Shown: piece by piece, positions 18,701-27,024 of the stretch | Layout of the letters: each line of letters begins with the position of its first letter | Numbering within the stretch: position 1 is the stretch's first letter | DNA from: Acidimicrobiales bacterium | GTDB lineage: Bacteria > Actinomycetota > Acidimicrobiia > Acidimicrobiales > Aldehydirespiratoraceae | DNA length: 64,000 bases | Reading direction: 5' to 3' | NCBI GenBank assembly: GCA_965116965.1 | Contig: OZ220743.1 | Span: 111,262-175,261, forward strand | Program-made: the position numbers and the translations under genes | The notes under the pieces: generated by a model | What the model was told of the DNA's origin: nothing | Database searches by the model: none | The model's input: the letters and a program-made list of their open reading frames with translations, nothing else

Positions 18701-19293
18701 CAGAGCCCGGACGCCCGGCTCATCGCCACCGCGTGCAAGCCCAGCTCGAGGCACTCCTGCGTCGTGCCCGGGTACAGGATCGGCATGTGCAGGTCCACGA
18801 GCGCGGCGTCCGACGACGACGGCATCGTCGAGGACTTCGCCATCGGATCGTCGCCGACCATCACGACCGCGCCGCCGAGACGCGACGACCCGGCGAACAC
18901 GCCGTGGCGCATCGCGTCGGTGGCGCGGTCCAGGCCGGGAGCCTTGCCGTACCAGAAACCCACCACGCCCTCGTAGCGGGCGTCGGGCCGGCCCGCCGCC
19001 AACTGGGAACCCATCACCGCAGTAGCCGCAAGCTCCTCGTTCACCGCGGGCTGATGCACGATCGACAGGTCACCGAACCGGCGCACCACCCGGCTCATCT
19101 CCAAGTCGAAGCCGCCGAGAGGAGACCCGGGGTAGCCCGTCACCAACGCCGCGGTGTCGCGGCCGGCGGCACGGTCGATGCGCATCTGGTCCACCGGCAC
19201 CCGGGCCAGGGCCTGCACACCGGTGAGGAATACCCGGCCTGCCTCTGAGTCATAGCGATCAGCGAGCCGGTAGTCACGCACAGCAGTGGACAT
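15721..19293 (-). CDS. indolepyruvate ferredoxin oxidoreductase family protein (fused alpha/beta)
   Basis: 1190 aa. The N-terminus is YRLADRYDSEAGRVFLTGVQALARVPVDQMRIDRAAGRDTAALVTGYPGSPLGG. It has a TPP-binding region and Cys clusters CEGCGDCGDVSNC...CNHDLSCLEGDCPSF, as in 2-oxoacid:ferredoxin oxidoreductases of the IOR type. Confidence 0.9.
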   Translation of the reverse strand: MSTAVRDYRLADRYDSEAGRVFLTGVQALARVPVDQMRIDRAAGRDTAALVTGYPGSPLGGFDLEMSRVVRRFGDLSIVHQPAVNEELAATAVMGSQLAAGRPDARYEGVVGFWYGKAPGLDRATDAMRHGVFAGSSRLGGAVVMVGDDPMAKSSTMPSSSDAALVDLHMPILYPGTTQECLELGLHAVAMSRASGLWSAMKIVTPVADGSGTVDLPALDAEPVMPEREIDGRRWESRPSAVFLGPRMVELEREFREVRSVLAQQYGVDNTLNRITVDPADAWIGLVATGFTYQQLIEALRRLGLAHPDDVRAAGIRLLQLRMPVPLHRGLVRRFARGLREVVVVEEKNPTLEWLIKDALYSAADRPAVLGKTDERGDALMPSYGRMDADAIVAGLRARLETRLADRLAPIEQVRLRPRRSLIPLSVGRTPFFCSGCPHNWGTKVPDDTLVGAGTGCHGMSLLMDPARVGETIGVTAMGNEGAHWIGMAPFVDARHAVQNVGDGTYLHSAQLAVQAAIGSGTTMTFKILYNDTVAMTGGQEPVHRLGVPELARILEAQGAARVLVTTEDPSAYDRGGLPPSVEVWDRSRIVEAQETLAGIPGVTVLIHHQACAAELRRARKRGRAEAPRTRIVINHRICEGCGDCGDVSNCLSVQPLDTPLGRKTLIDQATCNHDLSCLEGDCPSFMTVPVDGPSDRITGAGPHPPLPDPEPAGASSERVALRLAGVGGTGVVTVAQILSTAAMIDGWDVAGLDQTGLSQKAGPVVSDVIIGRSGAGSTNVIGAGEADAILVLDQLVAAGDGVLAAAHTHTRIIGSIHTTPTGAMIANPQVQYPTQDELLARFNIRDGANDLWMDANDLTRRLIGDATPANVFLLGVALQAGAIPVSVASIEQAINLNGVAVENNLAAFEWGRRWAVDAAAVEAEAATRSPSLETEVIVPDLPAELEDRIVNLPRVDDLQSAVRLRAADLVAYQNAAYAARFLDRVEAAARAEQAVDGSSIRLTAEVAHGLHRLMAYKDEYEVARLLVAPEAHRAAKAVGGSGRRIVWHLHPPLLRALGMKRKLRFGRWSRPLLGVLAAGRRLRGTPLDPFGHTHLRRLERALIVEYERAIDVLLTGLCAQALDEAVRIAGLADGVRGFEELKVRRAGEYRAALDRALSSYIATTSGSPPPRAESSSSVTPTDFKPPSVR

Positions 19294-19394
19294 GGGTCAC
19301 CTCCAGCGCATCGCGGGCTCCAAACCGCGGCTGTCGTCTCGCCGGGTACCTGCATCGCGTCGCGAAGCTTCCCCGAGGTGCTCAACAGCGGAGG

Positions 19395-20285
19395 TCATCC
19401 ACGGTGCCCCAGTCGTTGGCTTATCTGGGTCGTCACCGTGCACAGCTGACGCGCCGTTCGGGCAACGTCGAGAACCTGCGAGCCGGCGGTGACCGACACC
19501 GCCCCGAGGACTCTGCCCCGGAACTCGAACAGAGGAGCGGCTACCGAATTGAAGCCGACCACGAACTCTTCCCGCTCGATCGAATAGCCGCGCCGCCTGG
19601 TCTGGGCGAGGTCGGCCGCGAGAGCCGTGGAGTCCACGATGGTGTTCGGCGTGATCGCCGCCAGCGGTCTGGCCAGTATCTCCAGGATCCTGCCTGGGTC
19701 GCCGAAGGCCAGCACCGCCTTGCCGGTGGCTGACGCGTGCAGCACGACACGCTCGCCCACCTGTGTGGGCGTCGGCGTCGTCGACTGCATCTCGAGCTTC
19801 TCCAGATAGAGGTTCGACTCCCCGCGATCCACCGCGAGGTGGATGGTGTGACCCGTTGAGATGAGCAGCTCTTGGAGGTAGGGAAGCGCCAGATCGCGCA
19901 CACGGCGCTGGCTCGGCACATGGGCCCCGAGTTCGAACAGCTTCGGTCCGAGCCGGAAACCGTCGCCGCTGCGCTCCACCACGCCCCATTCGACCAGCTC
20001 GCCGCATAGCCGGTGAACGCTGGATTTCGCCACCCCGCAGCGGCGCGCCAACTCCGACAGCCCCAGTGTTCCGTCGGCAGCACTCAAGGCATCCAGAATG
20101 AGCGCCACCTTCGCAAGCAGCGACACCGGAGCCGCGTCCGGGGTTTCATTGTCCGCGATCTTGCCAGCACCTCCCGCGGGTTGCCGCCGCACTCGCCGCT
20201 GCTCTTCCGCAGGCAAGCTACTGCAAGCACGTCGGGCGAGGCTGTGGGGCGCAAGGACGGACAGCCCCGCACCCCGCAGCGTCAC
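19395..20285 (-). CDS. IclR-family transcriptional regulator
   Basis: HTH region LGLSELARRCGVAKSSVHRLCGELVEWGVVER followed by an IclR effector domain. The true start may be downstream of 20285, because the N-terminal extension is unusually long. Confidence 0.8.
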   Translation of the reverse strand: MTLRGAGLSVLAPHSLARRACSSLPAEEQRRVRRQPAGGAGKIADNETPDAAPVSLLAKVALILDALSAADGTLGLSELARRCGVAKSSVHRLCGELVEWGVVERSGDGFRLGPKLFELGAHVPSQRRVRDLALPYLQELLISTGHTIHLAVDRGESNLYLEKLEMQSTTPTPTQVGERVVLHASATGKAVLAFGDPGRILEILARPLAAITPNTIVDSTALAADLAQTRRRGYSIEREEFVVGFNSVAAPLFEFRGRVLGAVSVTAGSQVLDVARTARQLCTVTTQISQRLGHRG

Positions 20286-20294
20286 CCAGCGGCG

Positions 20295-21734
20295 TTATGG
20301 CGCGTAGGAGAACACGACGTTGCCGACGCTGGCTTCGACGTTCTCCTCGCCGCCGATGTTCTGCACGACGGTGATGCGGGCCGCGCCGCAGTCGCCGAAT
20401 CCGTCGCAGTTGATCGTGCCGATGATGCCGCTGTATCCCTGAACGCTGTTCAGGTGGTCGCGGACGCCCTGGCGGTCGATCATCAGGCTGCCGTCCTCAA
20501 GCCAGGACGCGGCCTTGACGGCATCGAGCAGCAGCGTGGTGGCGTCGTAGCTGTGGGCCCAGAACGGCGCCGCCGGGATCTCGCCGTAGCGCTCCTCGTA
20601 GACGGCCAGGAAGTCGTCGGCGGTCTTGCCGGTGCTCTGGTTGACGTTGGTGCCGAAGCGGGTGTCCGGACCGGACAGGTACATGCCCGCGGTCTGCGGC
20701 AGCGACAGATAGCTGGTGTTCAACAAGCCGTCGGCGGCCATCAGGATCGTGTCCTCCAGCCCCGGAACCCCCGGCGCCTGGTCGGCCACGAAGTCGCCGG
20801 CCGGCTGGAAGATCGGGAAGAACAGCGCAGCCGGGCTGCCTGCGGCGATCTCGGTGAGCGCCGGCACCATGTCGGTGTCCTCCTTGTTGACTGCGGTGAA
20901 GCCCGTGACCGTTCCGCCTTCGGCCTCGAAGGCGTCCGCGAATGCTTGCGCGAGCCCCTGGGTATAGGGGTCGCCGTCATGGATCGCGGCGGCAGCGCCG
21001 ATGCCCAACTCGGAGAACACGAACCTGGCCATGGCCGCGCCCTGGTACAGGTCGTTGTGAGCCGTGCGGTAGTAGCCGACGCTGTAGTTGTTCCCCGGGT
21101 TCCCGACCAGATCAGACGTCAGCGAGGGTGAGGTGTTGCTCGGGGAGATCAGCACCATTCCAGCGTCGGTGATCAGCGGGGCTGCGGCCGTGGCCGCGCC
21201 CGAGCACGACGTGCCGATCACGCCGACCACATCCTCGTCGGCGACGATGGCCTGGGCCGCGGCCTGCCCGCCGTCGGCGGAGCACAGGTCGTCGAGCCCC
21301 GTGCCCAAGTCCACGTCGAAGCCGTGGATCGAGCCGTAGTCCTCAATGGCCAGGGTGCTGGCCCGCTGGTTGGGAAGACCCAGGAAAGCGACGTCGCCGG
21401 AGATCGCCTGAAGCGAACGGATCTGGATCGCGTCACCCGCCTCGACCTCGACGACGCCCAGCGAGCCGTCACCGAGATGCTCCATCATCGCTTCTTCCTC
21501 AGCAGGAGCCTCCTCGTCGGGCTCCGGCGCCTCCTCGTCAGGAGCCTCCTCGTCGGGCTCCGGCGCCTCCTCGTCGGGCGCCTCCTCGGGCTCCGGCGCG
21601 ACCGGCTCTGCGGGCGCGGCAGGAGCGTCGTCGTCGACATCGTCGTCGCTGCAAGCCGCGGCAATGAGCGATAGCGACGCCAACACTCCAAGAGCGGCCA
21701 GCAGACGCCCGAATTTGCTGCGTCGTGGGTTCAT
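20295..21734 (-). CDS. ABC transporter substrate-binding lipoprotein, LivJ/type-I periplasmic binding protein family
   Basis: The internal ATG at 21734 gives MNPRRSKFGRLLAALGVLASLSLIAAACSDDD (signal peptide plus lipobox). An acidic EEAPDEEAPEPD repeat linker follows, then a Leu/Ile/Val-binding-like domain (VIGTSCSGAATAAAPLITDAGMVLISPSNTSP). Confidence 0.85.
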   Translation of the reverse strand: MNPRRSKFGRLLAALGVLASLSLIAAACSDDDVDDDAPAAPAEPVAPEPEEAPDEEAPEPDEEAPDEEAPEPDEEAPAEEEAMMEHLGDGSLGVVEVEAGDAIQIRSLQAISGDVAFLGLPNQRASTLAIEDYGSIHGFDVDLGTGLDDLCSADGGQAAAQAIVADEDVVGVIGTSCSGAATAAAPLITDAGMVLISPSNTSPSLTSDLVGNPGNNYSVGYYRTAHNDLYQGAAMARFVFSELGIGAAAAIHDGDPYTQGLAQAFADAFEAEGGTVTGFTAVNKEDTDMVPALTEIAAGSPAALFFPIFQPAGDFVADQAPGVPGLEDTILMAADGLLNTSYLSLPQTAGMYLSGPDTRFGTNVNQSTGKTADDFLAVYEERYGEIPAAPFWAHSYDATTLLLDAVKAASWLEDGSLMIDRQGVRDHLNSVQGYSGIIGTINCDGFGDCGAARITVVQNIGGEENVEASVGNVVFSYAP

Positions 21735-22113
21735 GGTTCCCCCTCTGTGGCTGCGACCCAAGTTGATGGGCCATGAGAAGCGGCACAATAAGTCGCCTAC
21801 CGAGACACGCGCGGCCCGTCCGGCCTTGGCCGGTCCACTGAGAGGACCACAGCTTGGGGAGACCGCCGCGAGCCACCGCTGGTTGTCGTGCCGGCTGCCG
21901 GAACGAGCCGCGATTGATGCGTAGGAGCGAAACAACCCGACACCCAGGTTTGCTGAACTGTGCCGGTAGCTCCGCAACGGAGGCGCGTCTCGCCCGCTCC
22001 TCCAACCGCGGTCCACTGAGCAGAACGCCTCCTCGATGTCAGGAGCGTCGAGTTGCGCCTCTCGGACGCCCTTGCCGGTGGATGACCTGCTTCGACGGTC
22101 TGGGAACGTCCCG

Positions 22114-24028
22114 CTAGGCCGGGTTGACGGCACGCCAGCCGCGAGCGGCAACGATCAGGCCGCCGACAACCACAAGGAACGCGCTGGCGCCGGGTGACAG
22201 CGCCGGGGTCGCCAAGCGGACGAAGGAGGCGATCCAGGCCACCCCGATGGCCGCGATGGCGCATCCCAGCCCGAACGTCACGAGGCCGAGGTAGCGCTGG
22301 ACGGCGTGGCTGCGCACCAACCGACCGAGGGTCGCCACCAGGGACACGATCGTCAGGACCAGGACTATGTAACCGATCCCCGGTCCTTCGGTATCCAAGC
22401 CGCGGACTACCACCCGGCGCGTCTCGGCCAGGGCTTCGGCCAGCACCTCGGCCGCCAGGCCGCCCTGATCGGCGCCCTCTGCCTCAGCCGCCAGTTCCGC
22501 GGCGATCTGAGCGGCGTCGCTGCGCTGGTCCAGTATCCAGGATCCCGAAGCTCCCGCGAACACGAGGAACAGGGTCAATACGACCATGCCCGTCAACTCG
22601 CGGGTACTGGCACGGGCCGGCTCGTCGGCAGACCTCATCCGTAGGGCCGCACCGGCGCCACCGCCGAGGACGATCAACGCGCCGACCAGTCCCAGCCACA
22701 CGCCGGGGCCGTGACTGTAGTTCTCGCCCCTCGGCGACACCGTCAGGTAGGCCGCCGCCAGCGAGACCAGCACCAGTCCCGCCGAGAGGAAGGCGGCGCC
22801 GCCGGCCATGAACTTGCCTCGGCTGCGCGGCCGCCATAGCGCCGAAGCACCGCCGAAGGCAACAACCACGGAGACGAGGCCGAACACGATCCCGAACCAG
22901 GAGCCGCCCGTCGCGTCCAGCCCGCTGTGGGCGCCGGGAAGGTCGGTGTCGTCGAAGCGGGCGTGTCCCGACAGCAACCCGGCGTCGTTCCCCCAAGTCA
23001 GCAGCACTGAGAACGCGCCGAGCACACCGCCGATGAGAGCAGCTGCGGCCCCGATGCGGTGCGAGGCGCTCAGCCCGGGCTCAGCCGGTGCAACCGGTGC
23101 GACCGGAGTCCCCGGGTCGGCCTCCATGCCGGGCACAGCAGGGACCGGTGGGTCGGTTCGGGTGGTCCAGGCACTCCGTATGCGCGCCAGCAGGCTGCGC
23201 CGGTCGTCGGTGTCCTCGGGCTGCGAGATCCGGTCGAGGAGCACCCCGACGAAATAGAGGCCTGCACCCGCCGACGCGCCGACGGGAATGTCGGCCGTGT
23301 TCAGCGCGGTGAGGATCGGCTTGCCGAGGCCGCCGCCGGCGATGATCGCCACGATCCCCACCATCGACAGCGACAGCAGCAGGGTCTGGTTGAGTCCGGC
23401 CATGATGGCCGGCCGGGCCAGCGGCATCTGCACCTCGCGCAGGATCCGGGTCTCGGTCGCTCCGAACGCCCGGGCCGCCTCGACAACGTCGGAGGGGACC
23501 TGGCGGATCCCCAGGTTGGTGAGCCGAACGATGGGTGGCAGCGCGAAGACCAGCGTTGCCAGCACGCCGGGAGTCCGGCGCACGCCGAACAGGAAGATGA
23601 TGGGCAGCAGGTACACGAAGGGGTGAATCACCTGCATGCCGTCGAGGACGGGACGCAACCGGCTCCAGAACGCGTCAACGCGCGCCGCCAAGATTCCTAA
23701 GGGGATGCCGAGCACCGTGCAGATCAACACGGCCACGATGATCATCCCGAGCGTCTCCATGGTGAGATCCCAGTACTCGTTTTCGAGCAGCCCGCAGATC
23801 AGCAGGCCGGCCGCGCTGCCCAGCCCCACCAGGAAGTTCCGGGTGGCCAACCCCAGCAGGAAGAACAGCACCAGCACGACCGGCCACGGGACCAGTCCTG
23901 GAGGAGGTTGTCGATGATGAGCTCCAGCAGCTTGTCGACGGGCCACTTGACCGCGTCCAGGAATCCCTTGATGTGGGCGGTCAGCCAGAAGACGATCTCG
24001 AACTCGCCCGGTCTCCCGAACCGTCCTA
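22114..24028 (-). pseudogene. ProW/OpuAB-like glycine-betaine-type ABC permease with a roughly 300-aa extra multi-TM C-terminal region; frameshifted and lacking a start
   Basis: Permease core: MQVIHPFVYLLPIIFLFG...LPPIVRLTNLGIRQVPSDVVEAARAFGATETRILREVQMPLARPAIMAGLNQT. The N-terminal FEIVFWLTAHIKGFLDAVKWPVDKLLELIIDNLLQ is in a different frame, with a 1-nt shift near 23,897. No ATG, GTG or TTG is available upstream before the sequence becomes the antisense of a beta-lactamase-like remnant. Confidence 0.6.
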
Positions 24029-24071
24029 CCCGTCGGGCGGCGGCGGGCTCTACAGCACGGCTGAGGACTAA
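24029..24071 (+). pseudogene. beta-lactamase-family serine hydrolase remnant, part left of the IS5 insertion
   Basis: Encodes SYPSGGGGLYSTAED. This continues in frame across the IS as GRFLQMILGRGSRNGVQVL (25052 onward), the GGGL.ST..D..RF motif region of class-C-type serine hydrolases. Confidence 0.55.
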
Positions 24072-25048
24072 GAGCGAGCGCGGATTGATCATGGGTGGGG
24101 GTTCCATCGGTCGCGGTGGTCGATGAGTTTGGCTGTGATAATGAGGGTTATGGCGAGGGAGAGTTGGGCTCGTCGGTGCTGGGGGCGGCGGTCTGTGTTG
24201 CGGCGCATCTGTCCGAAGTTCGACAGCCACGAGTTGGTGCGCTCGACGCTCCAGCGCAGCCCGAGGGGAGCCGTGTTGGGTTTGCGGCGCTTGGCGTGGC
24301 GGGGGCGCTTCTTCGCGCACACGACGTCGTCGATGCCCATCGCGGCGCACACCGCGCGCGCCGGCGCGTTGTCATATCCGCGGTCGAGGTGCAGGGTCTC
24401 CACGTCGGCTAGCAGCCCTTCGGGGGCGGCTCGCAGTGTGGGTTCCAACAAGATGGTGTCGTGTCGGTTGGCGCCGTCGGCGACCGCCGCGACCGGCACC
24501 CCGGCCCGGTCGGCCAATATGGACCACTTCCAGCCCAGTTTGGCCCGGTCAACAGGGCTTTTGGCGGTGCCTTCGCCGCCGCAGGGCGCCTTGTGGATCG
24601 ACCCGTCCACCGACACCTCGGACAAGTCGAGGCCCACGATGCGGTCATAGGCGCGCAGCGCCTCAGACTCCAGGCCCTCAAAGACTCCGGCCTCGACCCA
24701 CTCGTCGCGGCGGGCGCGCATAGTCGTGTCAGACACGCGCCCGCCCAACAGCCTCTCCGCGGTGACCCACGAGCAGCCCGTCACCAACCGGATCAAGATC
24801 CCCCAGAACACGATCTTGTCCGGTATCCGGCGCCGGTGCCCGCCGGTGGGATGGTTGTCCACAGGCACCGGCACAAGCGGCTCGATCGCCGCCCACACCG
24901 GATCCACCACTTCCGACTCCAACGCGCGCATGATGTGTCTGACCTCCACGGTCGTCTCGTTGACAGGACACCCGACATTCCAGTCGGGACAACCAGACGA
25001 CCCGTGGATGGTCAATCCGCGCGGCCTCTAAGGTCGCTTCCTCCAGAT
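24072..25048 (-). mobile_element. IS5-family insertion sequence (977 bp)
   Basis: Imperfect 21-bp terminal inverted repeats gagcgagcgcggattgatcat / gaggccgcgcggattgaccat (17/21). TAA (within CTAAG) is duplicated on both flanks. A single transposase ORF lies inside. Confidence 0.8.
24089..25015 (-). CDS. IS5-family DDE transposase
   Basis: RRIPDKIVFWGILIRLVTGCSWVTAERLL, VDGSIHKAPCGGEGTAKSPVDRAKLGWKWSILADRAGVPV, LHLDRGYDN and LRWSVERTNSWLSNFGQMRRNTDR are hallmark IS5/IS1182-type motifs. The start may be ATG 24931. Confidence 0.9.
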   Translation of the reverse strand: MTIHGSSGCPDWNVGCPVNETTVEVRHIMRALESEVVDPVWAAIEPLVPVPVDNHPTGGHRRRIPDKIVFWGILIRLVTGCSWVTAERLLGGRVSDTTMRARRDEWVEAGVFEGLESEALRAYDRIVGLDLSEVSVDGSIHKAPCGGEGTAKSPVDRAKLGWKWSILADRAGVPVAAVADGANRHDTILLEPTLRAAPEGLLADVETLHLDRGYDNAPARAVCAAMGIDDVVCAKKRPRHAKRRKPNTAPLGLRWSVERTNSWLSNFGQMRRNTDRRPQHRRAQLSLAITLIITAKLIDHRDRWNPHP

Positions 25049-25433
25049 GATCCTGGGTCGGGGCAGCCGCAACGGCGTGCAGGTGCTGCGCCCGTCCACG
25101 GTCGACCAGATGACGGTCAACAACATCGGGGACCTGCGAGTGGTTCCCCTGCACGCGGTGCGGCGAGAGCTCAGCAACGACGCCGAGTTCTTCCCCGGCG
25201 TGGCCAAGACCTGGGCCCTCACGTTCCAGGTCAACGAGGAGCCACTGCCCACAGGCCGCCCCGCCGGCGGGCTCATGTGGGCGGGCATAGCCAACACCTA
25301 CTTCTGGATCGACATGGAGAACCAGGTCGCCGGCGTGTACCTCAGCCAGCAGCTCCCTTTCGCAGACGCCCGCTCGTATCAGCTCTACCTCGACATCGAG
25401 ACCGCTGCCTACGCCCATCTCGGCCGCGGGTAG
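25049..25433 (+). pseudogene. beta-lactamase-family serine hydrolase, C-terminal remnant right of the IS5 insertion
   Basis: MILGRGSRNGVQVLRPSTVDQMTVNNIGDL...GGLMWAGIANTYFWIDMENQVAGVYLSQQLPF is a typical C-terminal third of esterase/PBP-like serine hydrolases. The roughly 300 N-terminal codons are absent from the window. Confidence 0.75.
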
Positions 25434-25507
25434 CGCGGCCGGCACGAGCCTTTGGCTACGGTTGGTCCAAGCCGAGAGAGGCGAGCTGACCATGCGCCGG
25501 AGCTGAC

Positions 25508-26384
25508 TTGCGGATCGGGATCTCACCGTTCGCCACTACACGTGAGACCACCCTGGAGCTGAGCCGGATCGCGGTCGAGGGCGGCCTCGACACGCTGTGG
25601 CTCGGGGACGGCTATCTCGACCGGCCATGACCAACCCCTACATGCGCCACCGGTTCCACACCGCTTCGGCGCTGGCCACGCTTCAGGAGACAGCCCGTGG
25701 CCGCGTGTTCTGCGGCATCACGGCCGGCGGATCCGAGGTCACCGCAGCGGCCCGCATCTCCCGGCGGGACGCGGCGGAGCGAGTCGCCGAACTGGCCGCC
25801 TTCCTCCGCGAGGTGGCCGCCAGCGGGACACTCGACGCGGCGTCCGGCTGCGGTCTCGACCTCGACCTAGATCCCGTCCCGATCCTGATCGCGGGGCGGA
25901 GCGATCAGGTGCTGCGCACCGCGGGCACGGTGGCCGACCGGGTCCTGCTGTGGGCGATCCCGGCGTCGGACCTCGAGCGCTCCGCTTCGATCGTCGAGGA
26001 GGGCGCCGCTAGTCGGCCCCGGCCGCCGGATCTGATCTGGGCCCCGCTCGTCCACCATGAAGACGCCCGCCGGCATCGATCCAGCACGTCGCCGTGTACG
26101 CGTCCCTCAACACGGCAGCCGCGGTCCGGCGCCGGTGGGGGCTCGACGACGCTCGGGCCGAGGCCATAAGGGCGGAACTCGTGCGGGGAGACATGCCGGC
26201 CGCGGCAGCCCTCGTACCGCCCGCCGCGCTAGAGGATCTGGTCTTCAAAGACGTCGACCCGGCTTCGGTCGCCGCCGTCGCCCGCAGGCTCGGCGTGTCG
26301 TCCGTGGCGGTGCCCGGGTTCGACCCGGCAACCGTCGGCAATCACGTCGGCTGGGCCGCCTCGGTCGAGGCCCTGCTCACCTGA
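25508..26384 (+). pseudogene. LLM-class (luciferase-like) F420-type oxidoreductase with internal deletion and frameshift
   Basis: The TTG-started LRIGISPFATTRETTLELSRIAVEGGLDTLWLGDGYLDRP runs into a stop. The next frame continues TNPYMRHRFHTASALATLQETARGRVFCGITAGG...PILIAGRSDQVLRTAG. A third frame carries the C-terminal ...ALVPPAALEDLVFKD.... Confidence 0.7.
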
Positions 26385-26408
26385 GGAACTGCCGACGCGG
26401 AGCCCCCG

Positions 26409-26999
26409 TCAGTCGTTCCTGCTTGCCTCGGTGAAGACCCGGCGGCTGTGCTCGTCGAGGGCGGCGGCCACGGCAATGGCCTGCTCCCGGCCGGAGGCGC
26501 TCATCTTGGCCAGGGTCTTGGCCAAGATTTGGGTCGCTTTGGTGTCGTCGTCGAGCCGATCCAGCACTGGACGCAATTCCGTCTCCAGGAAGGTCAGGCT
26601 CACCGCATCCTCGAAGGTCTGCACCTCGGGGTCGGAGCCCAAGCCCTTCTTGGCCACGATCTGTACAGCCCGAGCCGAGACCGCACCGTCGGCGCCGGCA
26701 GTGTCGAGGATGGCGGCCAGGTCGCGGGCATGGCGCTCCCCCTGAGCCTTCCGCCACCGCAGGTAGCCGGCCCGACCCTCGGGATAGGCCGAGCGGGGCA
26801 ACGCCCAGCGACGAAGGTGGTGGGCCCGGGCGGCCAGCCTCAGCGCGTCCGACGCGGCCGGATCGAGACGGACCACCCACTCCTCGGCCCGCCAGCCCTG
26901 GTCCAGCGCCAGCGGCGTGCCGTCATGCTCACGGGGATCGGTGGCGTTGGCCGCATCGATCGCGGCCCGGGACTCGGCGACGCTGCCGGAATCGCTCAC
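26409..26999 (-). CDS. DUF4202-family protein
   Basis: RAHHLRRWALPRSAYPEGRAGYLRWRKAQGERHA and EDAVSLTFLETEL match my recollection of the conserved DUF4202 blocks. Confidence 0.65.
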   Translation of the reverse strand: MSDSGSVAESRAAIDAANATDPREHDGTPLALDQGWRAEEWVVRLDPAASDALRLAARAHHLRRWALPRSAYPEGRAGYLRWRKAQGERHARDLAAILDTAGADGAVSARAVQIVAKKGLGSDPEVQTFEDAVSLTFLETELRPVLDRLDDDTKATQILAKTLAKMSASGREQAIAVAAALDEHSRRVFTEASRND

Positions 27000-27024
27000 C
27001 TCGTCAAACCCGCTCGCCCCGCAC

